7,198 nucleotides of DNA, taken from positions 26,858-34,055 of the forward strand of contig NW_003314470.1 in assembly GCF_000143415.4 (NCBI RefSeq). Direction: 5' to 3'. The notes under the pieces are model-generated. The model was not told where the DNA came from. It saw only the letters and a program-made list of their open reading frames with translations, and did not search any database. Source of the stretch: Selaginella moellendorffii. Lineage: Eukaryota > Plantae > Lycopodiophyta. Positions within the stretch are counted from its first letter, which is position 1. Each line of letters opens with the position of its first letter. A program made the translations under genes and the position numbers. Shown in pieces: positions 1 through 7,142 of this stretch.

Positions 1-5
1 AAAAG

Positions 6-44
<39 letters not shown>
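1..44. repeat. A/T homopolymer (poly-T on the element A sense strand)
   Basis: All A except one G at position 5. Confidence 0.95.
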
Positions 45-46
<2 letters not shown>

Positions 47-618
47 AACACACGCTTTGGGCTTTCACCCCAAGCCTCCCTTAGTATCAGGAGTTAGTCT
101 CTAGGACAAGCTTGAAACTTACTAAATATGGAATGTCCCTAGATTGCGAATTTGGACACGGGACGAACACCATTGTGTTTAGGACGATCTCTACATTCCG
201 TAGATATGCCAAATGAGCAAATCTGGACACTTTCCATAAATAGCATTTGGGACCGAAATGAGACTAACACAAAGGGTATGATAGTGAGGGTGTTTGGCAG
301 CACGGTAAACTATCATCCGGCGATATTGAGGGACCAATCTCAATACGCGAGGGTTCTTGTCAAGCCAGTGCAAGACAGAGCAAAAGAGAATTAACAAGCC
401 GGGCCGAGTATGCTCAGCTAAATAGACACTTAGGAATTCCTTCCTTATGCTCATCTGGCCAAGTACAGATGCTAAGCCCAGTTTACTAACACTTGAACAA
501 GAAGGACTAATAAAGGGTTCAGCAATACTGACCTCCTGCCATCATGGCAGTAAGGTAAGAGTGTCCGTAAAGACTAGTCGACATGTAACTTTTGATACCC
601 GAAGTCACATTCGCGACA
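1..618 (-). repeat. 3' LTR of element A (partial, runs off the window)
   Basis: Starts TGT immediately after the PPT on the minus strand. Positions 51-71 are the exact reverse complement of 1595-1615 in the LTR of B. Confidence 0.65.
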
Positions 619-630
619 CTCTCCCCCCCT
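619..630 (-). other. Polypurine tract (PPT) of element A
   Basis: Minus strand AGGGGGGGAGAG directly followed by TGTCGCG. Confidence 0.75.
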
Positions 631-1292
631 AGGGAAGATCGACGTCCTCGTCGATGCACACTCGAGTCTAGAATACCGCCAAGGAAACAACTCTAGAAAA
701 AGTTCACGGTATTCACACTATGTGAGAAATGCACCAACTTAAATGAGTTAAAGGGAACCTCTGTGTCTAATGCGGATGCACTACCAGCTCAGACACCTTC
801 CGGCCGTCGCCGACAAGGAAATGACCAACGGAGTTAGCCACCCTTGCTGCTCTAGTTGTCATCCAGCTTACAAAAGTGTGATATGCCCTGCCCCAGAGAC
901 ATAGAGAGAGGAGCCAGGGGCCCCAACCCTCCTGAGCAAAGAAACCAAACCCGTCGGTAAGGTTTAGATAGACTACTATAAACATGCAGTTAGAGTTGTT
1001 TACACGGTCACGCCCTTTCAACGGAATAAGGAACATCGACAGAGAGGCGGGTTATGTGACCAGTCTACAGTAGCTACCCCATGACTAGAGATTTCAACAT
1101 GCACACGAAGTGCCGAAGCCAGTCTGCCTATACTGGCCCAAGTTCAAAGATCAATAGATGGACAATATCAAAGTCATAGACAATGATATCTTAAAGTCTT
1201 AATTATCAGTGTGTAAGGAACCAACTCGCCGAGGTGTCGTAGGCTAAAGGAACCCCGAAAGCATGACCAAAATGACAAAGAGTTCATTGGAT

Positions 1293-1578
1293 GGGACCAA
1301 GTCGAAGATCGAGTCCAAGACCGACTCTAGGACCGAGTTCGAGATCGAGTTCGGAATTGAGTCCGAGACCGAATCGGGGACCGAGTTCGAGTCCGAGTTC
1401 GAGACCGAGTTCGAGACGGAGTCCGAGATCCGAAATCGGGTCCGAGACCGAGTCCGAGGTCGAGTCCGAGGTCGGGTCCGAGATCGGGTCCGAGATCGAG
1501 TCCGAGATCGAGTCCGAAACCGAATCTGAAGTCGGATCCGAAATTGGGTCCAAGATCGAGCCAGAGACTAAGTCCAAA
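1293..1578 (+). repeat. Degenerate 12-bp (2 x 6 bp) CpG-rich tandem array inside the LTR, consensus approximately GAGTCCGAGATC / GAGTTCGAGACC
   Basis: Read directly, e.g. gagttcgagaccgagttcgagacggagtccgagatc; roughly two dozen units. It generates the low-complexity ORFs at 1263-1584. Confidence 0.92.
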
Positions 1579-1623
1579 TACTAATACGGGTCAAGGGGTG
1601 AAAGCCCAAAGCGTGCGTCTCCC

Positions 1624-1642
1624 GGGGGGGGGGGGGGGGGGG
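1624..1642 (+). repeat. G19 homopolymer
   Basis: 19 consecutive G shortly before the assembly gap; the length may be unreliable. Confidence 0.85.
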
Positions 1643-1661
1643 CTTCCGGTTCCAAAAGTAT

Positions 1662-1823
1662 NNNNNNNNNNNNNNNNNNNNNNNNNNNNNNNNNNNNNNN
1701 NNNNNNNNNNNNNNNNNNNNNNNNNNNNNNNNNNNNNNNNNNNNNNNNNNNNNNNNNNNNNNNNNNNNNNNNNNNNNNNNNNNNNNNNNNNNNNNNNNNN
1801 NNNNNNNNNNNNNNNNNNNNNNN
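1662..1823. other. Assembly gap (162 N)
   Basis: Run of N. Confidence 1.
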
Positions 1824-2325
1824 CTCCCACTCCCGAAAGGGAAACCGATTGCGGTGCTCCCGGCTCATGTGGAGTGGTGCCCCACTTGAGTACCATGCGG
1901 CTCATTGGTCCTCGCCCTTCCTAGGGGCTTGGGCCTTCCTTCGGGATGGAAGTGGGGGGCGAGAGGTACCCATACCGGGCCGCTAGGCCACGGTGTTTCG
2001 CCCCGGCGTCCCGAAGCAAGTGTTGCACCCAAGACTTGGGATTTAGAGGGTCCCATGATCAAGTCTTGTGGTACCAAAGGATGTTAGGAACCTGGAAGCT
2101 TGGTGTGCTTGGCTGCTTGTGCTTGCGGGGAGTGTAGCCGAACCTTAAGTCCAGTCTAACCCAGGGAGGGGGATTGGGAGTGATTTGGGAATCCGTGGAT
2201 GGATGGCTAACACTCCGTTGCTTGTGCAGTGAGTAGCTGAGACCAAGTAGGAGCTGGTACCATAGGCGAGAACCTTGGCAAGGGAACTTAGCAAAAGCCA
2301 AGGCGGTGTTGGACGGATAGACGAG

Positions 2326-2391
2326 GTAAGCTGGCAAATTGGAAAGGAAAAATTTGTGGCTTACAATTTGGTATCGGAGCCTTTTCCTCAG
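2326..2391 (+). other. Candidate 66-nt spliceosomal leader intron spanning the U5 end and PBS
   Basis: Donor GAG|GTAAGC at 2326; acceptor CTTTTCCTCAG| at 2391 (alternative TTCTAG at 2397); lies 33 nt before the gag ATG. No reading-frame constraint is available to confirm it. Confidence 0.5.
2369..2381 (+). other. Primer binding site for plant initiator tRNA-Met
   Basis: TGGTATCGGAGCC versus the canonical plant TGGTATCAGAGCC (12/13; the difference allows a G:U pair), 3 nt after the LTR-terminal CA. Confidence 0.92.
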
Positions 2392-2424
2392 TTCTAGCGA
2401 AGGATAGAGGCGGATTGCTGGGAG

Positions 2425-3600
2425 ATGGCAAGGGTAGGGCGTAAGCGAACCCAGGCGGAGACGGAACCTCCGCTAGAGCTGGAGCCTCCGGTTGAACAAG
2501 AGGCTATGGATGAGGAATCCTTGCATGAGGAGGACTCCAGTGAGGAAACTTCCAAATAGGAGTCCGGTGGCGAGGTTCGGTCGTCCAAGGCTCGATTGGA
2601 CGTGCTAGAAGGACAGTTGGCACAGACCAATGCCCTGCTGGAGACTCTCGTATGCAAGTTAAAGCGTGACGAGAAGCGGAAGAAAAAGCGAAAGACTGCG
2701 GATGCTGGCAGCGCAGAAGGTGCGGACCCTTCGGCAGGGACTGAGGCAAAACCAGACAAGGTCGAACAGACCGAAGTGGAATCAGTGCCTCAGGCAGTTC
2801 CCAAGTACAAACCAAAGCCCCCACCGGTGTTCAAGGGAGTGAACGACTATAAGGTTGTGGAGGATTGGTTTTACGATATGGAGGACTACTTCCGAGCGTT
2901 GCGGTTACCGGGCTCGGAGAAGGTCCCATGTGCAAAACCATACTTGGCAGATAATGCCAAGTCTTGGTGGAGAATAACGGAGGCCAACGAAGGACCGGTG
3001 GCCACCTGGGACATGATGAAGGCGAGGATCCGTGCAACATACGTTCCTCCGAATGCCACTCTGCATCTGAGAGATGAGCTGAGTAGGCTGAAGCAGACTG
3101 GAACCATCCAGGAATATGTGAATGGGTTCATGGCAAAGAGGATACTTGTCATGGACATGGGGATATGGATGCGTTCCATGCCTTTATATCAAGTTTGCAA
3201 ACCTGGGCTCGCGGTGAGGTGATGCGCTGGAACCCGACCAACTACAAGGAAGCGTTGGATGCGGCCATCAAGGTGCATTTCAACGATAACCTGCGAAAGG
3301 GGAACACGACGGGGTCGGGATCCACGTTTCACAAAGGGGCCAAACCGAGGGGAACATATAGCAAGGGGAAATTCAAGAAGAGTTTCTCTAAGAATGAGTC
3401 CTCGGGGTTCCGGAAAGGCAAATCTGGTGGCCAGTGAGCGAGTACGTGGGGGAGTCAAGCGAAAAAAGACAAACCCACGGATAAGAAGGCCAAGTCGTAT
3501 AGCAGCGTGGGAAACAACGTATGCTACAACTGCGGCGAAGCGGGACACTTCTCGAGGGAATGTCCCTACCCGAAGAAGGCCAGAGCCAATATGGCCATCA
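2425..3600 (+). pseudogene. gag: Gag region (retrotransposon capsid-like domain plus CCHC zinc knuckle at 3522-3563)
   Basis: PPVFKG...VEDWFYDMEDYF...AKSWW...TWDMMK...LKQTGTIQEY, and CYNCGEAGHFSREC (CX2CX4HX4C). Boundaries approximate. Confidence 0.9.
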
Positions 3601-3695
3601 AGTCGGGTGAAGTCCAAACTGAGGTATGTGATCCAGTCCCTAACTCAAAGTTACTCATTACACGAGCAACTTTGGTAGAGAGTCGTTCGCGACAT

Positions 3696-3983
3696 CTACT
3701 AGCCCTCCGAGGGAAGCTCGGAGGTAGCTTTGTTAAGATCCTTATTAACACAGGTGCTTCGGATAATTTTGTGGCTGCAGACATAGTCCGGCAAGCCGGA
3801 CTAACGGTGCAGCAGCTAGGCGAACCAAGGACTATAGAGTTTGTTTAGGGTAGCCAAAGCACCGATGAGGTACTTCGACAAGCGAGAGTTGAAGTGGGGA
3901 CATGGAAAGTGGACATGGATTTCACCGTCTTGGACATGGCGGGATTTGACGTGATCTTCGGAATGGATTGGTTTAATCGGTTC
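3696..3983 (+). pseudogene. Retropepsin-type aspartic protease domain (inactivated)
   Basis: ILINTGASDNFV (D[ST]G motif with D changed to N at 3747) and DVIFGMDW; interrupted by TAG at 3846. Boundaries approximate. Confidence 0.88.
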
Positions 3984-4289
3984 GTGGTAGCCCTGCATGG
4001 ACAACGTAGGAACCTTGTGGTATTGGCGAATGCCCAAGGAAGAAGATCTAGGGTGGAGGCCCAGGATCTAAAGGTAGGGCAAAGCAAGGCCAAAGAGTCA
4101 TGCTTAAACCTGGTGTCCACGAGAGGACAACTCACTAGAGGAACTAAGGTAGCCTTTTTGTGCTTACTCTCGGTGAAGAGTGACAAAAAGACAAGAACGG
4201 AAGAAGTACCTTTAGTGATCCAGCAGGTGCTGGACCAATTCCAGGATACCATGCCGGAGGAGCTACCGGCGGGGTTGCCCCCCGCACGA

Positions 4290-5180
4290 CCGATAGAACA
4301 TAAGATTGAGCTGGTCGAGGGTGCTGAGGCGGTGGTTTGTCCACCCTATCAATTGAACGAAAAAGAACTCAAGGAGCTCAAGAGCCAACTCGAGGAGTTG
4401 GTGGACAAAGGGTATGTTAGGTTGAGCAAGTTGCCGTATGGGGCGCCGGTGCTATTTGTGAAAAAGAAAGATGGATCTATGCGCATGTGCATAGACTACC
4501 GGTTGCTCAACAAGTATACCAAGAAGAATAAGTACCCTTTGCCAAGGATCGAGGACCTGTTCGATAGGTTGGGAAAGGCAAAATACTTCTCGAGGATTGA
4601 CCTAAGGTCAGGATACTACCAGATCAGGGTAGCCGAGGAAGATGTCGAGAAGACAACCTGTCGAACGAGGTATGGGAGCTTTGAGTTTCTGGTGATGCCC
4701 TTTGGGCTGTGCAATGCGCCGGCAACGTTTTCGGCGTTGATGAACCACATATTTGTACCCTATCTGGATCACTTCGTGGTCGTCTATATCGATGATATCC
4801 TGATCTATAGCGAGACACTAGAGGAGCATGCCGAACACTTGGCGAAGGTGTTTGAGAAACTAAGGGAACACAAACTGTATGCTAAAGAGAGCAAATGTGA
4901 CTTTGCTCAACAAGAGGTAAAGTTTCTCGGGCATGTGGTGGGCCAGGACGGGCTCAAGGTGGATCCGGAGAAGGTCCAAGCGATCCAGGAATGGGAGCGA
5001 CCTTCAAATGTACATGAGTTGAGGGCGTTCTTGGGGCTATGCAACTACTATCGAAAGTTTATCAGACACTATTCGAGAGTAGCCCTGCCCTTAACGGACC
5101 AAACCGGAAAAGGGAAGATGGTATGGACAGCGGAATGCGAGGCGGCATTCGTCCACCTCAAAGGGAAGTTGAGGAAGGCT
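4290..5180 (+). CDS. pol: Reverse transcriptase domain
   Basis: [54 protein letters not shown] (4785-4796), [18 protein letters not shown]. Boundaries approximate. Confidence 0.97.
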
Positions 5181-5199
5181 CCGGTGTTGGCATTACCAG

Positions 5200-5560
5200 A
5201 TTTTGGTAAGGACTTTGAGGTAGACACGGATGCTTCGGACTTTGCGTTGGGCGCAGTTTTGAAGCAAGACAACCATCCAGTAGCGTTCTTCTCGAAGAAG
5301 TTGGACAAGGCTCAACGGAAGTGGCCTGCCCACGAGAAGGAATTGTTTGCGGTGGTCAAGGCGCTCAAGGAGTGGCGACACTACCTTGGGAGACACTTCA
5401 AGGTTTACACGGACAATGTGGCAACGAAACACTTCTTGTCACAGCTCGACCTGAGAGGGAAACAAGGTCGGTGGGCCAATGCCTTGGCCGAGTTTGATTG
5501 CGAGATTCTGTACAAGCCTGGGAAGAGCAACATCGTGGCAGATGCGCTAAGTCGAAAAGT
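5200..5560 (+). CDS. pol: RNase H domain (Ty3/gypsy type)
   Basis: [34 protein letters not shown]. Boundaries approximate. Confidence 0.95.
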
Positions 5561-5759
5561 GAGCTTGAGGTTGGCGATATTCAGCGCAACAGCAACCTTC
5601 TGGGACGATGTGCGGACAGCATATGAGAACGATGGTCTAGCACAAGAAGTGTTGTTGAGGAATCTGGAGGCGCGGGCAGCTCACCAGAGAGGTGAGCTGC
5701 CAACGGAAGAGAAAACGGGCTATGCGGAACACAACGGACTCATTTATTACAAGCAAACG

Positions 5760-6930
5760 AGGGTATATGTTCCAGAAGGGGGACTAAGGAAGGTAGCCTT
5801 AGAAGAGTGTCATGACGGACCTCTTGCGGGACACGGCGGAGTGCCCAAGACGATGGGCTTACTCAAGAGGAAGTACCATTGGCCAGATATGGCTAAGGAC
5901 GTCCAAGACTATGTAAAGACATGTCCAACATGTCAGCAAGTCAAAGCCGTGACTAAGGCTAGTGGGGGCTTGTTGCAAAGCATCCCAATTCCAGATCGTC
6001 CGTGGAAATGTCTTACGATGGACTTCATCACGGGACTACCCCCAAGTGAGGGGTTCGATGCGATATTCGTGGTGGTGGATCGATTTTCGAAGATGGCACA
6101 TTTCATACCCACCACAACGGAAGTGGATGCGGAAGGTGTGGCGAAGCTGTTCTTCGAACAAGTGGTTCGAGTGCGGGGAAGGCCAGAAGAGATTATCTCA
6201 GATCGAGATAAGATATTCACTAGTAGGTTCTGGAGGACCCTCCTGGAACAGTATCGCACCAAGTTGAAATTCAGCACAGCCTATCACCCACAGACAGGTA
6301 TGGGGTATTAAGTCAAGTTTGGTGGTCCTAACACTTCTTGACAGACGGACAAACGGAAAGGGTGAATAGGCAGCTAGAGGATTATTTGCGATGCTATGTC
6401 TCGGGAGACCAGACCGATTGGGTAAGTCATTTGGGACTTGCGGAAATGTGTTATAGCAACTCACCACATTCGAGTATCGGGGTGAGTCCATGGGAAGTCA
6501 TCAATGGGCGAGCTATTGAAGGTCCTGTGGAACTCGGCGTGGCCGAGTATCATGGAGAGTTACCCGCAGTGGAGGCATTCACGGCGGAAAGACTCAACAT
6601 TTGGAATCTAGTGAGGGATTCCCTGGAACGGGCTCAACAAAGGCAAACCAAGTACGCGAACCTAAAGCGCCGGGATGTAGAGTTCCAAGCTGGGGAGAAG
6701 GTGTGGCTGAACACCAAGAACCTCAGGCTACCAAGTGGGATCAGCCGAAAGTTGACCCAAAGGTAAAAATGCATGTATTCCTGTAAATGAATTGATCTTG
6801 AGTTCCTTAAGCAGGTTCGCGAGGCCTTACGAGATTGAGGCACGAATCGGTAAAGTGGCTTACCGACTCTGACTTCCTCGAGAGATGGGGAAGATGCACC
6901 CAGTGTTCCATGTGAACTTACTCAAGCCGT
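5760..6930 (+). CDS. pol: Integrase (HHCC, DDE core, GPY/F region) in three putative exons
   Basis: [11 protein letters not shown]...CPTCQ. Catalytic D at 6021 (TMDFITGLP), D at 6201 (ISDRD), E at 6356 (DGQTER). KLTQRFARPY...AYRL...HPVFHV is read after splicing. Confidence 0.93.
6298..6344 (+). other. Putative spliceosomal intron 1 in integrase (47 nt, phase 1)
   Basis: CAG|GTATGG donor, CTAAC branch motif (6328-6332), TTCTTGACAG| acceptor. Removal gives CAC CCA CAG ACA G/AC GGA CAA ACG GAA = HPQTDGQTE and restores D-35-E. Contains in-frame TAA at 6309. Confidence 0.85.
6763..6814 (+). other. Putative spliceosomal intron 2 in integrase (52 nt, phase 2)
   Basis: AAG|GTAAAA donor and TAAGCAG|G acceptor; AT-rich (17/52 G+C). 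Removal gives [23 protein letters not shown], in frame with ORF 6885. Contains in-frame TAA at 6764. Confidence 0.85.
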
Positions 6931-6995
6931 ACTTTGAGGATCCGCTTCGCAAGGACCAAGTAAGACCTTTACCTGAGGTTATCCAAGGGGAAGAG

Positions 6996-7142
6996 GAATA
7001 CGAAGTCGAGGCCATACTCAATGCGCGCAAGAGCAAGCGACAAGGACGCGTGGTGAGAGAGTTCCATGTGAAGTGGAAAGGATTTCCACACTGCGAAGCA
7101 ACATGGGAACCGAAGGAGAACCTAGCGAAATGTCCGCTTCTA
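6996..7142 (+). CDS. Chromodomain at the integrase C-terminus (aromatic-cage type)
   Basis: EYEVEAIL...EFHVKWKGFPHCEATWEPKENL; the three cage aromatics (Y of YEVE, W and F of KWKGF) are present. Confidence 0.93.

Larger units (their letters stand above)
1..1211 (-). mobile_element. Element A: 3' part of an LTR retrotransposon (3' internal region, PPT, start of 3' LTR), apparently interrupted at 1211 by element B
   Basis: The minus strand reads ...GAGGACGTCGATCTTCCCT-AGGGGGGGAGAG-TGTCGCG, a gypsy-style PPT abutting a TG LTR start at 618. The putative LTR shares a ~60-bp block with the LTR of element B. No recognisable pol coding in 631-1211, so the right boundary is inferred from the start of B. 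Confidence 0.65.
1212..2365 (+). repeat. 5' LTR of element B (~1.15 kb including an N gap)
   Basis: 6-bp inverted termini TGTAAG (1212-1217) and CTTACA (2360-2365). The terminal CA is followed after 3 nt by the PBS. The 3' end is well supported; the 5' end rests on the inverted terminus because the second LTR is not visible. Confidence 0.75.

Noticed and set aside
1-44. Poly(A) tail of a LINE, SINE or retrocopy
   Set aside because: No element body is visible because the tract is at the window edge. It sits at the same position as the G run in the other LTR, so it is treated as an LTR homopolymer; a tail cannot be fully excluded.
152-632. Short ORFs at 152-394, 191-454 and 447-632
   Set aside because: They lie in the putative LTR of element A and show no recognisable protein features.
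1293-1578. CRISPR-like array
   Set aside because: Units are contiguous with no unique spacers, and the context is eukaryotic.
1263-1584. ORFs rich in E/S/R/D (1263-1529, 1284-1577, 1291-1584)
   Set aside because: They are translations of the 12-bp tandem array in several frames.
45-1623. A 1.6-kb DNA transposon or MITE bounded by ~60-bp terminal inverted repeats
   Set aside because: The repeats are imperfect, have no shared target duplication (poly-A versus poly-G flanks), and each lies inside an LTR defined by other signals. Two opposite-orientation LTRs explain them better.
1824-1860. Hammerhead ribozyme (retrozyme-like): TCCC-GAAA-GGGA followed by ACCG-ATTG-CGGT
   Set aside because: No CUGANGA core precedes the first stem, and the would-be cleavage triplet ends in G rather than A, C or U.
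3157-3167. Programmed ribosomal frameshift in gag
   Set aside because: It falls mid-capsid with no slippery heptamer; loss of one G from ATG GGG GAT explains it as mutation or sequencing error.
3435-3437. Natural Gag stop with readthrough into pol
   Set aside because: It lies before the CCHC knuckle, and a CGA-to-TGA change fits the other lesions.
6298-6814. Domesticated host gene that gained introns after immobilisation
   Set aside because: The locus retains an LTR, PBS and all domains and carries disabling mutations typical of a decaying copy. This is disfavoured, but only a copy-number survey can exclude it.
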